This document shows positions 1-12,160 of a DNA stretch of 64,000 nucleotides, one piece after another. The stretch's first letter is position 1. Each line of letters starts with the position of its first letter. Position numbers and translations under genes: made by a program. Origin of the DNA: Camelus dromedarius (taxonomy: Eukaryota); NCBI RefSeq assembly GCF_036321535.1, contig NC_087437.1, positions 3,286,001-3,350,000 of the forward strand, given 5' to 3'. The notes beneath the pieces were generated by a model, which did no database searches, had not been told where the DNA came from, and worked only from the letters and a program-made list of their open reading frames with translations.

Positions 1-447
1 AGATTCAAACCTTGAATTCAAACTCCAGACTTTTTTTTTTCACTACAGAATCAGCCTCCTCCAGCAACTTCATATTAGTTTTCCACGTACCCCTCTTCTT
101 AGATTCAAAGATCTGCTCCCTGGACCATGAGACGGGACAAGGGAGGAGAAAGGACATACAGCAGGATCAGGGATGACAGAGCAGGCAGAAGTGGAAGTAC
201 TAACCAGGCTTCCCTCCTTCCCTCACCTGCATCCCTTCCCACCTCTCTTCTCCACCAGCAGGTGCCTGGTCCTCGGGGTCAGGGCTCTCCTGGGAACCCA
301 GTCTCGTCTGGAGGAATTGGCACAGGCAGCCTCGACAGGGGTCCCCAACAGTCAGATTTGCTGGGATTTCTAACAGATCTGGGGATGTATCTAATGTGCT
401 CCAAAGGATGAGAATCAGGAAATTCTAGTTTGCTATTTGCTTTCCAG

Positions 448-767
448 CATCCCCAGGCTCCGTCCTTCACTCCAGCTGTCATTTGCAAGGCCAAACTTGT
501 TGTCTGGCCAAAGCAGTATCTTGACAGTGGTTGGGAGCTGTTTTACCCTTCAGAGTTTCCTCTGGATCCGAATAGCAGTTATGAGACAGTTGGGGCCAGA
601 GTAGAAAGCTCCTCTTCGCCCATCTTTCCCTTGAGGCTCTGCTCCCAAGGGCGGGGGGCTCGTGGTTCAGATGACAGAATGGTGCCATCCGTGGACCAGA
701 GTTCTGCATCATCAGTGATTTCCAAGGCAGCGAAGACGTTACCCTGCAGCAGTTGAGCCTGGAGATG
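448..767 (+). pseudogene. Dynein pseudo-exon, start of linker (DHC_N2-like)
   Basis: Acceptor ttgctttccag| and donor |gtatcc. Frames give ...ILTVVGSCFTLQSFL (cf. FTLGDLL) and FCIISDFQGSEDVTLQQLSLEM (cf. YIL...DDHIVTLQSM). Frameshifted. Confidence 0.5.
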
Positions 768-1396
768 GTATCCAGCTCTCATCACTGGCTGCCCAGCCCT
801 TTCCTCATCCTTACATGCTTGCCTTTCTTTTTTTCTTCAATTTGCCTATTTACTGCTTCTCCAGATTGCCAAAGAACATGTCAAAGGATGCTACTAGCCT
901 GGAGCTGAGGTGGTTTCCTGATGCTAGGGTACACCGCAGCTGTCCTCAGCAGGACTCACTGTCTGAGTGACATTTGTTGGGCCTTGGAGACATGGGAGAG
1001 GTTTTATGAGGTTTCCTGAGGACAGAATTCAACCTCATGAGTTTTTCTGCTTTTACGATAGGTAGGGAAAAGAGTTTTCTTTGTTTCACAGAACAGTTTC
1101 AATGAAAGTTATCAATAAAATTATCCAAAGTACTTAGATAATTTCGTTGCATTTTATATTAAGAAATAGGATGCTGTGGATGGAGGAAAACTCTTTGGCC
1201 TGATGCTTAATTCTTGGGGGCATTGTATGTTTTAAGAGACATATAACCAGAGCCCTTCCTATCTTAGCCTGATATATAGAGAAAGGTTTTCTGTTCTTTT
1301 CCTTCTATTTGTGTATAGTTTGTCACCTTTTTGCAGCAGACTTTGTATACTTAGTGAATCACAAAGAGTGAGATTCTGGCCTCTTTCTGTACAAAG

Positions 1397-1496
1397 TAAT
1401 ACCCTGTGTTAGAAATTGGATATTCTGCAGATGTTGAAAAGAACGGCCTTTTATGGAGGACTTTTTCCACTTCCTGGGTCCTTCTCCAAGATCAAG
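1397..1496 (+). pseudogene. Dynein pseudo-exon, linker
   Basis: LLWRTFSTSWVLLQDQ (cf. LLQEILDEWLKVQRQW), ending at aag|gtctga. Confidence 0.5.
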
Positions 1497-2029
1497 GTCT
1501 GAGTTCTACTCACACTTCTGAAACTCTTCCTACTGACTTTGGACAAATAACCTTTTTGTTCTTAAATTGCATCGCCTACAAAGCAAAGATGGTAATGCCT
1601 GCCCCCACCCACTTCCCAGTAACATTTTTTGAGTCAATGACAAAGTCTGAAAAGCACTTTAGATTGTTCTGTGGGACCTTTATTTTAGCAGTGCCTTCTT
1701 AGCCGTCAGGGCCACACAGTCAGGGCAGCCAGATCTGTGCCGCAAAGGCTCTGAATGCTGAGACTTCAGAAAGTGAAAACCCAGCTCACAGCTCACTTTC
1801 TCCAGACTCTGCATTTGCAGCTTTGAATCTTGTTTAATTTATGACTAGATGAGATACTTTACCTCTCTCGACCTCCATCGGGGCATGAAACAGTACCTGC
1901 TTTATGGAGCTGCCGTGAGGATTAGAGGTAATACAAACAACTCGCTCAGCATACAATAAGTGGTCAGGGAGCACGGCTACATTATCTGTATTAGATGTTA
2001 TGATAGATCATTCATTAAGATGTCTTACT

Positions 2030-2272
2030 GGGGGAGGGATAAATTGGGAATTTGGGATTAATATATATACACTACTGTATAGAAAGTAGATAAACAAGGA
2101 CCTACTGTAGAGCACAGGGAACTATATTCAATATCTTGTAATAACCTATAAAAGAAAAGAATGAAAAGAATATATATATATGTATGTGTGTCTATGCATA
2201 ACTGAATCACTTTGCTGTACGCCTGAAACTAACACAATACTGTAAATCAACTCTACTTCAGTTTTTTTTTTA
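2030..2272 (+). mobile_element. 5'-truncated L1 (3' UTR)
   Basis: Cetartiodactyl-type L1 3' UTR (GCACAGGGAACTATATTCAATATC...CTGTAAATCAACT). TSD-like AAGATGTCTTACTGG / AAGATGTTTTATTGG. Confidence 0.85.
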
Positions 2273-2565
2273 AAAGATGTTTTATTGGCCAAGAACCAAA
2301 TGAAATGAAGTGTACATGTGTCCTCTGAGACACCAGCCACTCCCGTAAAGAGTGTCAGGATTTCCAAGAAAAAGTGGCTAAACCTGAAAGATGTGGAGAT
2401 ACCATCTGTAATTAGTCGCCAACAGGGCTTCTGCATAGATAACTGAAGCTGTTAGTGCTGAAGGCCTCATTTTATTTCAAGCCATGTGCAGATTCAGTTT
2501 AGACACCACAGGTGGACAGGGCATGGATAGTGGAAGTGTGATTTAAGACATCCTGTGTCTTTCAG

Positions 2566-2977
2566 TTTGAAGAACTTCTCCCCAAGGTGATGTCAGTCTC
2601 CCAGCTTTTTCCTGTTTTCTCTGCTGAGCGGCAGTGGTTTGGTACCTCCAGCGTCTCTCTTGGCAGAAGACTCCCAGTCCCAGTTCATCAGAGGCATTTT
2701 GTTAGTACAGTGTCACACTTAAGCCTCGTCCCTCATTATCTGAAACTGGTTTTTATTGAGCTGCAGTTGGATTATCTCAAGCTGGAATAAATTGTTTGCC
2801 GTTTCTCTGCTTCTGCCCATTACTGGAGAGCCATTTAAACACTCAGTTGTTTCAAACTTTTCCTGAGCTGCCTTGATTATGCCCCCTGATATCCCTGCTG
2901 ATTTTGTCTACAGTCCAGAACATCCTTAGACATTTCCCGTTCTCCTAAGGCCCAGAGGATCCTACGACTTGCTTCAG
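2566..2977 (+). pseudogene. Dynein pseudo-exon, linker
   Basis: After tgtctttcag| reads FEELLPKV...LKLVFIELQLDYLKLE*IVCRF (cf. LEKIQKGLNDYLEKKRxxFPRF), then CFKLFPEL (cf. LKKLFEGI). Confidence 0.65.
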
Positions 2978-3721
2978 GTTGCAGGTTCAATCAGTGGATT
3001 GAGACAAAAACAAGGTCTCCTGGTTCTTCATTCTGTAATCTTACTTTCCATATGAATGGCCTCTTCTTCGTCAACACGAAGGTGACTCACAGCTAGAAAC
3101 TGGACATGGAGTAGCCTAAGCTGAAAAGAGCAATTAGCAAGTACTTAGTGTTTCTCAAAGTATGAGCCTCTAATCAGTAACACCAGCATCATTAGGGAAC
3201 TTGTTAGAAATTCAAAATCTCAGGCACCACCCAAGACCTCCGGAAACAGAAATTCAAGCCCTCCAGGTGGTTCTGATGCGCTGTAAAGTTTGAAAACTAT
3301 GGGACTGGCTATGTCAAAATCATATACCTCGATTATGTAAGGCCATTAAATGGCCACTGACGCGTGAAATTGTGTTTGGATTTCACAAGTACGTTTGCAT
3401 TTCAAGTCTGTTATTTTCCCTGAAAGACAAGATAAGCTAATACCTTACAAGGCCCACAGTTTTACTGAAATGAGCAGGAGTGTTCTCAGGGCCCTGTGGG
3501 ATCACAGACCTGGCTGATAAAAGCAGGGAGCGGGGCGGACACTTCTCTGGACAGAGCATGTGCTCTGTCCTGTCCAGTTCAGCAGAGGTACTCAACCTCT
3601 CTCTAGTCTTACTCGCGGTTACTCTACCCATGTACTTTACCTTCCTGGTCTCTGTAGGCATTTACTCCTCAGCCTAAATCCTACTCACCTTTATGCAGAA
3701 TATCAGATGAGTGTGTTTCAG

Positions 3722-3830
3722 CTAGCACTGTCCAGTACAACTTCCTGCAATGTTCTGTTTTGTGTTCAATGGAATGTTCAGTGTCACTGCTGACTTGGAA
3801 GGTAGCCACTAGCCACGTGCAGTTAGGATA
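3722..3830. mobile_element. MER3-like hAT DNA transposon remnant
   Basis: AGCACTGTCCAGTACAACTTCCTGCAATG...GGTAGCCACTAGCCACGTG. Confidence 0.6.
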
Positions 3831-3849
3831 CTTAGAAAACTTACAAATT

Positions 3850-4789
3850 GATCATCTAGGATAGTCTATTTTCTCTTAAATTGTGGGCCACTTTTAGGGC
3901 CAGTCCAGAAGTGATCCCGTCTAAGTCACTTATTAGGATAATTTGACGAAGTTGGGGGCTTCCATTCATGATGAGGCTAAATCATTCTAGGACCAGCAGG
4001 TTTTCTGAGTTTTTTTGTAATTTTGTTTCTTTGATATCTATTTTATTTTTGTTTTTGTTTTCCATTTTTTAATTGAAGTATAGTCAGTTTACAATGTTGT
4101 GTCAATTTCTGATGTACAGTATAATGTTTCAGGTATACATGTACATACATTTATTTGTTTTCATATTCTTTTTCATTATAGGTTACTACAAGGTATTGAT
4201 TGTAGTTACCTGTGCTGTACAGAAGAAACTTGTTTATTTTATGTATAGTAGTTAGTATCTGCAAATCTCAAACTCCCAATTTATCCTTTTCCACTTCCTT
4301 TCCCCACTGGTAACTGTAAGTTTGTTTCCTATGTCTGTGATTCTATTTCTGTTTTGTAAATAATTTCATTAGTTTTTTTTTTATAAGTGATATCATATAA
4401 TATTTTTCTTTCTCTTTCTGGCTTACTTCATTTAGAATGACGATCTCCAGGTCCATCTATGTCACTGCAAATGTTATTGTTTTATTTTTATGGCTGAATA
4501 GTATTCCATTGTATAAATATACCATAACTTCTTTATCCAGTCATCTGTTGATGGACGTTTACGTTGTTTCCATGTCTTGGCTGTTGTAAATAGTGCTGCT
4601 GTGAACATTGAGGGGCATGCACTTTGATATCTATTTTAAATGGCAAGATGTTGCTGCATCCACATTTGAAAGAAATGCTAGAATGTGCAGTAAGACTTCT
4701 TCAACAGAAACCATACAAAAGTGTTCTAAAAGTCTGAATTCACTTTTGATCCTGAGTGATGTCCTCCATTAAAAGGCTATGATTATCAG
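3850..4789 (+). pseudogene. Dynein pseudo-exon, late linker, split by an L1 insertion
   Basis: Removing L1 4046-4621 and one TSD copy restores ...NFVSLISILNGKMLLHPHLKEMLECAVRLLQQK (cf. LNELVELVRGKLSxLERKKLEALITIDVH), then TFDPE*CPPLKGY (cf. DFEWLSQLRYY). Ends cag|gtttgc. Confidence 0.65.
4046..4621 (-). mobile_element. 5'-truncated L1 with perfect 17-bp TSD
   Basis: Antisense L1 3' UTR/ORF2 end. TSD CTTTGATATCTATTTTA at 4029-4045 and 4622-4638. Confidence 0.92.
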
Positions 4790-5361
4790 GTTTGCAAAAG
4801 GATAAGCTGTCAATAAAAGAATCTGAAGTTTAAAAGTTCACATGACTGCATCTGAATACCATTTGATGTTTCCAGATATTTTTAGTGTCCAGTAATTTCC
4901 TTGGCCAAGAGAAGCCATGCCCACTCCTTTCATTTTACACTTCAGATACTTTCAGTTTATGAAATAATGATATAAAACCAAGGAAGAATCTCTTTAGCTT
5001 GAGCTTCTTTAAACAGTAGTTTCTGACATGAATTCAGAAAGAACATTGCTTCCTCTTTATCTCCTTATCCTCTAATCTCCCTTCCAGTTATAAGATATTG
5101 TCAGGCTCAAGAACAGCAATACTGAAGGTCAGAGTAGGTTTAAGGGAGAAGTAATCATATTTACCCCATCTGAAACGTTCACCTCAAGAACGGAGATGAG
5201 CAAATACGGACTGACTATGAAATTACTGAATATTACTGGCCCCTTAACTGGATACCCAGGTTTAATTGTCCCTCGAATTGCTTTGCTGGCTGAAGTTTGA
5301 GCAGATTGGATTGTGATAATAAGTGAGTTTGATTACTTACTTTCTTCATTGGTTCTGACAG

Positions 5362-5470
5362 CTCTACCTGGGGAAATGATCCAGAGTGAAGCACTCTCTC
5401 TAATCTACATTTCCTATGGATGAGGCTTTGGCAAAACGATTGCCAATCTTGGCATTCATATCTTCTAAAC
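5362..5470 (+). pseudogene. Dynein pseudo-exon, linker/AAA1 boundary
   Basis: After ttctgacag| reads ...LIYISYG*GFGKTIANLGI (cf. FxYGYEYLGNTxRLVI). Confidence 0.55.
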
Positions 5471-5629
5471 GTATTAAGTCAGTTAATGCATGTTCGGAAT
5501 ATTATGCGAAATTCAGGAGACTATTGAATGTGTTTCCAGTATCTGAGGAATAAATGTGCCTGTTGGTAGGGAGGACACGTTGTTACGTGGCACGAAGTGC
5601 AAGGTCAAGACTAGGAGCAGGAAGTTGTT

Positions 5630-6081
5630 ATTTTGTATTATTACTAACATGTAGTCAATTTACAATGTTAGTTTCAGGTGTACAGCAAAGCGATTCAGTT
5701 ATACATGTATGTTTTTTTCAGATTATTTTCCATGATATGTTATTACATGAAATTGATTATAATTCCCTGTGCTATATAGTTGGTCCTTGTTGTTTATCTG
5801 TTTTGTAAACAGTAGTTTGTATCTGTTGATCCCAAACTCCTAATTTATTTCTCCCCTGCCCTTTCCCCTTTGGTAACCATAGTTTATTTTCTATGTCTGT
5901 GAGTCTATTTTTGGTTTGTAAATAATATTTGTATCACTTTTTTAGATTTCACATGTACATGATATCATATGGTATTTGTCTTTCTCTTTCTGGCTTGCTT
6001 CACTTAGTATAATAATCTCCAGGTCCACCCATGTTGCTGCAAATGGCATTATTTTATTCTTTTTATGGCTAAGTAATATTC

Positions 6082-6129
<48 letters not shown>

Positions 6130-6392
6130 ATATCACATCTCCTTTATCCAGTCATTTGTCGATGGACATTTATGTTGTTTCCGTTGTAGTTTGGCTATTG
6201 TAAATAGTGCTGCTATGAACGTTGGGGTGCATGTGTCTGTTTGAATTAGAGTTTTTCCAGATATATGCCCAGAACGGGGACTGCTAGATCATAATAGTAA
6301 ATCTATTTTCAGTTTTTTAAGGAAACTCCATGCTGTCCTCCATAGCGGCTGCACAGTTTACATTTATAACAGTGTAGGATGATTCCTTTTTC
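5630..6392 (-). mobile_element. 5'-truncated L1 containing a (TG)n tract
   Basis: Antisense ORF2 C-terminus (KNKIMPFAATWVDLEIIILSE) and 3' UTR; (TG)n at about 6084-6125. Confidence 0.9.
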
Positions 6393-7129
6393 AAAGAGGT
6401 TGTTATTAAGTGTACCTAGGGTTGTGGTATAATCTCCAATGTTAATTGAAATGAATATGGCTAACTGTAACAATCTCCAAATATATCTAAGACCTTAATT
6501 AAGCATATGCACATTTTTTAGCCTCATAGTCCTCTTTTTGGAAAGTTATTCTATGGAAATCATCATGGATTTTATATTTTAAAATGAAACGCTCAACATA
6601 GATGAAAGGTGATAGGAACAAGAGAATGACTTGAATGATGGAATTCTCTGTGCCCTTTAAAAATAATGTTACAAAATAAATAGGGCGGGGGGTGAGGTAG
6701 AGCTTGAACCAAAATCATCTGCAAATTTTTTTTTTCTTTCTACTTTCTTTTGCTTTATTCTGTTCTTTTTAAAATATATATAAGTTGAACATTTGGCTTA
6801 TCAGTTTTTAACCTTTCTATATCACTAATATAAATATTTAAGGCTTTAAACTTTCATTAAAGGGTCATTTTCACTACACTACACAAATTTTGATATTCAG
6901 TATCTTCATTGTGATCTTGTTCCAAGTTATTTTCAGTTTCTACTATTATTTTTATGAGTTATTTTGATTAGTGAACTTAAAATATAAACATATGGGGATG
7001 TAGTTGTGTTTTAAAATCAGTTTTTAACTTACTAGTAGTCACAGGTATGGTCTATCTTATTCTGATCCTTTTTCGTAAAAATTGCACGTGCTCCTGAGAA
7101 GAATATGTTTCCTCTGCATCAGAAGGATT

Positions 7130-8098
7130 CCCACAGCAGAGTGGGAATGACAGTGGGAAGAGGTGGAACTAGGGAGAGGCACGAGTAGAAGCAAAGAGAC
7201 CAGGTAGGAGGCTGTTGCGGTAATTTAGGCAAGAGATGGTGGCTTGGACCAGGATGGGTGTAGTGGAATTGATGAGATAGACCTGGATTGTGGATATGGC
7301 TTTAAAGCACCACTGACAGGATTTCCTAGAGGACTGAATGTGGAGAGTGACAGAGAGAAGTCTTGCCTGAGCAACTGGAAGGGAGCGATGCCATTAACTG
7401 AGATGCATAGGACGACAGGAGGAGCAAGTTGGGGGTTGAAGGCTTGAACGGAGGGTACGTGTTAGACACCCAGGTGGAGAGGTCGGCAGAGGAAAGTTCT
7501 GAACTGAAGATGTAAACTTGGGATGTAAACTCAGGTATTTTTGGCTTGCTGGTGGTTTTTAAATCCATAGAAACAGATGAGATTACCTAGGACAATGGTT
7601 CTCAACTGGGAGTGACTGGGGTGGTTGCTGCTGGCATGCAGTGGATAGACGGCAGAGGTGCTGCTAAGTGCACCCTGCAGTGCACAAGATCATCCCATCG
7701 CAACCAGGAACTGTGTGGCCCAAGTGTCAGTCGTGCTGAGAAAGAGAAAGCTGACCCAGGGCATGAGGGCACAAGCACGGCTAGAGAAGAGAAGGTGCTC
7801 AGACACTCAGCTCCGGGCACACCTTGCCTGGAGCTCAAGGACATGCAGAACAACCAGAGGACTCTGAGGGTGTACGTCCAGTGATTTGGAAGGAAACCGG
7901 CAGAGTGTCAGGTACTGGAAACCAAGTATAGAAAGTCCATGAAGGAGCAGGAAGTGATCAGCTGTGTCCAAGGCTGATGATGGGTCAAGAAAGGGGAGGG
8001 CTGGACACTGACCATTGGAATTACCACTGTGGGACATTGAGAAGGCCCTCACGTTGACAAAAGCAGATTTAGCACAGTGGTGTTGGCCAAAGGTCACT
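7130..8098 (-). mobile_element. L2 fragment with nested MER20-like DNA transposon (about 7593-7752)
   Basis: L2-type GAGACCAGGTAGGAGGCTGTTGC...GATGGTGGCTTGGAC; MER20-like CAATGGTTCTCAAC...AGTCGTGCTGAG. Confidence 0.7.
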
Positions 8099-8211
8099 AA
8101 GTGACCTCAGGCAAACTACTTAGCCTCTCTGAGTTTTAGTTTCCTCACTCGTAAGATGAAGGTAATAATCTATGTCATAGAGTTGTATGAGATAACAGAC
8201 ATTGTATATAA

Positions 8212-8372
8212 GAGGAGGTACAGCTCAGGGGTAGAGAGTGTGCTTAACATGCACAAGATCCTGAGTTTAGTTCCCCAGTATGTCCAGTAAAATGAATAAA
8301 TAAAAAACCTAATTACCGTGCCCCCCCAAAAAAGCAAAAAAACAAAAACAAAAACAAAAACAAAAACAAAAC
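8212..8372 (+). mobile_element. tRNA-derived camelid-type (Vic-1-like) SINE inserted in a MIR
   Basis: A box (CAGCTCAGGGGTAGAG), B-box-like region, AACCTAATTACC motif and (AAAAAC)n tail. Confidence 0.85.
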
Positions 8373-8739
8373 CCAATGTATGTAAAGCACCTAGTCAGAG
8401 TTGGCATGTAGTAGGCACTCACTAAATGCCTACTCACATCTCCTTCCACAACTTTCCATCATTTCCAAATTCTCTCCTCCTGCTCCCGTACACACACATA
8501 CACACCTCCCGCTTCAGTGCTGTATCATACCCTGGGACCATTCAGTATTATGTGAGGCAGTTCTTCCACTTAAGACAATTTATGATGGGACCCATATTTC
8601 AGTTATCCCTTATCGTTAACCAAAGAAAAATAAATGTGTGAATAACTTGAGTTTTTCTGTATAAGGTGATAAATTGTACTGGGAGAGAAACAGGTAGCAG
8701 TTTAAAAATACCCAGAATCGCCAAGTAATTTCTCATGAA

Positions 8740-9400
8740 GTTAAGCCTTCTGTTGTGAAGTTGCATTGTGTTTTAAGTCCTTCTGCAGTTTCAGAACCAT
8801 GCAGACCTGAAACAGTAGTCCCATGTTCTAGGTTTACTATAGCGACACATACTTTCCTCACATGAAACTCATGTATTTCAAACTCAGTCAAAACCAAAAA
8901 TCCTCAGAGAGCTATGTCAAAGGATGGAGATTGGGGAAAATCAAGAGAGGTGGAAATTCACTCTTTAAAACTTTTTACTCTGGAGTCTCCCACCCATGCT
9001 GTCTTCTCTTGGGACTCAGAAAATGATATTGCTCCAATGATTGCACAGTAACTGTATAAAAAATGAATTGAATTTCAAAAGGTCAAAGGTAGCTATACTG
9101 TGGGGGAGAAGATACCCAGAAAGATGTCACAATGCATTCAAGTCTAATATCCACAGAATGCGGGGCCTGAAAGGTCATCCAGGTAATGAGATTTTGTGCT
9201 AATTCCCCAGTTAGTCACACCAATGAGCTCACAGTCCAAGTGGCTCCTGACTGCTAGGAACTCAGCAGGCTGAGGAGGAATTCCCCATGATTTAGAACTT
9301 CTAGATGCCCTGACTCAGTTCCAACCTGATTCTCACATCTGCCAAGTCCTCAAAGTGAGGCTTTAATTCATCTTCCTACCTCTGCAGCTGCTGCATTTCA
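8740..9400 (+). pseudogene. Dynein pseudo-exons, AAA1 module
   Basis: RPETVV/SHVLGLL (cf. GKTETVKDLAKALG), GKIKRGGNSLFKTF (cf. GLAQSGAWGCFDEF), LWSLPPMLSSLGTQKMILLQ (cf. NRLxxEVLSVVAQQILTIQ), donor at 9182|gtaatg, then NSAG*GGIPHDLELLDALTQFQPDSHICQV (cf. [34 protein letters not shown]). Confidence 0.75.
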
Positions 9401-9492
9401 CTGCGTCTTAAGACACAGATTTTTCTCATATTCTTATCTCACAAATCAGGCCACAGGGTAATAATCAATGGCTTGTTAAAGTTGCTGTTGGT

Positions 9493-9702
9493 CAGTGCTG
9501 TCCAAAAGAACACTCTGTGGTGATGGAAATGTTCTGTATCCGTTCTGTCCAGTGTGGTCACCACCAACCACCTATGGCTTTTGAGCAGTTGAAATGTGGC
9601 TGGTACAACTGAAAAAGTGAGTTTTTAATTGTATTTAATTTTCATTGTTTTCCATTTAAATAGCCACATGTGGCTGGTGGCTGCCATGTTGTCCAACACA
9701 AG
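9493..9702. mobile_element. MER3-like hAT DNA transposon
   Basis: CAGTGCTGTCCAAAAGAAC...GATGGAAATGTTCTGTATC...AATAGCCACATGTGGCTGGTGGCTGCC. Confidence 0.8.
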
Positions 9703-9754
9703 CACAAACTGAATTCTTTGAGAAAGTACTTATGCTTGTCTCTTCCATTCACTT

Positions 9755-10050
9755 AAGGAGTGATCAACTTGAGGCTCCTTAAAACTTAAATCTGCTGCTC
9801 GAGGCCTTTTTTGGACTGCTCTGGTTGTGTGATTTCAGATCATGGCCTGAGTGAGTACCAGCTGTGGCTCAGACTCTTAGAAGAGATTTTTCTTTCCCTC
9901 CCCTTAACTAGAGCCAGCATTGGGATATGTACATTTTCCTGCCATTCCTTCCTGTGTGCTGGGCTTTTTTTCCTCCTCTGCTCTTATTCTCAGAGGGTGT
10001 CCCTTGGTTTCCAGCATTATGCAGAAATGGTTTCCTATTAAACTCCTTAT
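9755..10050 (+). pseudogene. Dynein pseudo-exon, AAA1 lid / entry to AAA2
   Basis: NLRLLKT (cf. GLRALKS), then NLLLEAF/LDCSG...EYQLWLRLLEEIFLSL (cf. ILLRALRDSNLPK...DVPLFLGLLSDLFPGV). Frameshift in the T6 run at 9807-9812. Confidence 0.65.
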
Positions 10051-10159
10051 CTTGGATGTTTTTGATTTTCATATTGAAGCTTCCTTCAATCAGAAATAAC
10101 TAAGAGCCAGTGAAATATGGTAATGTAATTTCTGATGGACAATTGAAGTTTAGTAAATA

Positions 10160-11080
10160 TTAAAAGAGAGTGAAAGCACACAGCAGAGGAAATTATCAAC
10201 AAAATGAAAAGGCAATCTACTGAATGGGAGAAATATTTGCAAATCATGTATCTGACAAGGGGTTAATATCCAAAACGTATAAAGAAGTCATACAACCCTA
10301 CAGAAAAAAAAAAAAAAGCAAACAACCTGATTTAAAAATAGGCTGAGAATCTGAATTGACATTTTTCCAAAGAAGACACACAGATGGTCCACAGACACAT
10401 GAAAAGATGCTCAGCATCACTCATCATCAGGGAAATGCACATCAAAACCACAGTGAGATAACACCTCACACCTGTCAGGATGGCTGTCATTAAAAATACA
10501 AGAGATAACAAGTGTTGGTGAGGATGTGGAGAAAAGGGAACCCTTGTGCACTGTTGGTGAGAATGTAAATTGGTGCAGCCACTGTGGAAACAATATGGAG
10601 GTTCCTCAAAGATCAAAAATAGAACTACTATATGATCCAGCAATTCCACTTATGGGTACTTATCCAAAGAAAACAAAAACACTAATTTGAAAAGATATGT
10701 GCACCCCCATGTTCACTGCTGCATTATTTGCAGTAGCCAAGATGTGGAAATAACCTAAATGTCCATTGTGGATGAATGGACTATATACACACACACAATA
10801 GAGTACTGTTCAGCCATAAAAAAGGACGTCTTGCCATTGATATGTTGAGGGCATTATGCTAAATGAAGTAAGTCCAACAGAGAAAGAAAATGCCTTACGA
10901 TCGTACTGATATGGGACTCTAAAAACAAAACAAAAACAAAATTCCACAAAAGAACGAGTTCACAGATACAGAGAACAGGTTGATGGTTGCCAGATGTTGG
11001 GAAGGGGGTGGGCAAAATGGGTGAAGGGTGTAAAAAAGTACAAACTTCCAGTTATAAAATAAATAAGTCACAGGATGTAA
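10160..11080 (+). mobile_element. Older L1 (ORF2 3' part and 3' UTR, L1MA-like)
   Basis: AAAAGGCAATCTACTGAATGGGAGAAATATTTGCAAATCAT... through the 3' UTR. Confidence 0.9.
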
Positions 11081-11659
11081 GGGGTTGGTGGAGGGAGGGA
11101 AGACCAAGTAGGGCCGTAGAGTTTGAGTGTTTCTTAAAATGGTGGTTCTGTGACCTTTTAGATGTTTGGGGGAGGGGTGTTAGTGCACTGCTAACTTCTG
11201 TTTAGATAAAAGAAAAGAGGAACTGGAGAAGGAATATCTATGAGGCCCTTGCAGGGTGCAGGGGAGAGAAAACTTAACACTTGGTGTATCAGTCAGAGTC
11301 CTGGCAGGAAAGAGATGGCAAAGCACAGATGGATGGAATAGCATCCCCCGGCCTGGCTTCTTGAACTGGTTAGAGCCCTGTTTGCCCAGGGTGATACTGG
11401 AAACATAAGACCCTGTTTTATGAACATCTTTATGAGCTTCTGTGCCCAAGTGCAGCTTTGAGGTCCAGGTGACAATGCAGAGCACAAGAGGGGGTCCCTC
11501 TCTCCACCTCCACAAAGCCCCGCCCTGCTCTGGCCTCCCATGTCTTGGAGCTCCGAGAACTTTGAGGGCCACTTTTCTTGATGCAGGCATCGTTCTGGGT
11601 ACCAATAGCAGGTACATCATGAGGCAACCTTAAGTGGCTAAGGAGGAGGCTGAGCAGGA

Positions 11660-12160
11660 AGGGAAGAAATGTCCAACTGGAGATTCTTTAAGATACTTGG
11701 GGTATGAGGGTGACTCTGAAACTCTGAGATGACCATCATTTCTGCTTGAATACATGTAGTTCATTCCTGGGAAGATTTTAGTAACAGTGCTTATGGGACC
11801 TCACTTCCACTGAGGAGTGGGTTGAGGATTTGTGATATTCAGATCATGAGAGGGGGAGAAAAATAAAGGAAGAAACATAGTTTCTTCTAAAGACTAAAAC
11901 TGAAATTGCAGAGGAAAACATGTGTTCCTTCCCTTTTTTGTCTGATCCATTCAGATTTTATCCAGAAGATCCAAAAACTGGGAAGCCTCTTTGAGGATTT
12001 CTGGAAAGCCGTAAGCCTGTTGGGCCCAAGACATAAAGGTGGGATTAGTGCAGAGGACACTTTTGGCCTCTTGGTTGTTGGGCATCAAGATGGCCATTCT
12101 CTTTCCCCACTGTGTTCACATCAGGCATTGTGGACAGGGACCACTAGCCTCGGGTGATAA
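11660..12160 (+). pseudogene. Dynein pseudo-exon, AAA2 Walker B region and lid
   Basis: KILVTVLMGP/TEEWVEDL* (cf. KWIVFDGPVDPEWVENLN), then ERGRKIKEET*FLLKTKTEIA (cf. NGERIKL...LLFEVEDLA). Confidence 0.6.

Noticed and set aside
10332..10649. ORFs within L1 copies (also 15746-15979, 34821-35051, 41999-42199)
   Set aside because: They are sense or antisense readings of decayed L1 ORF2, not host genes.
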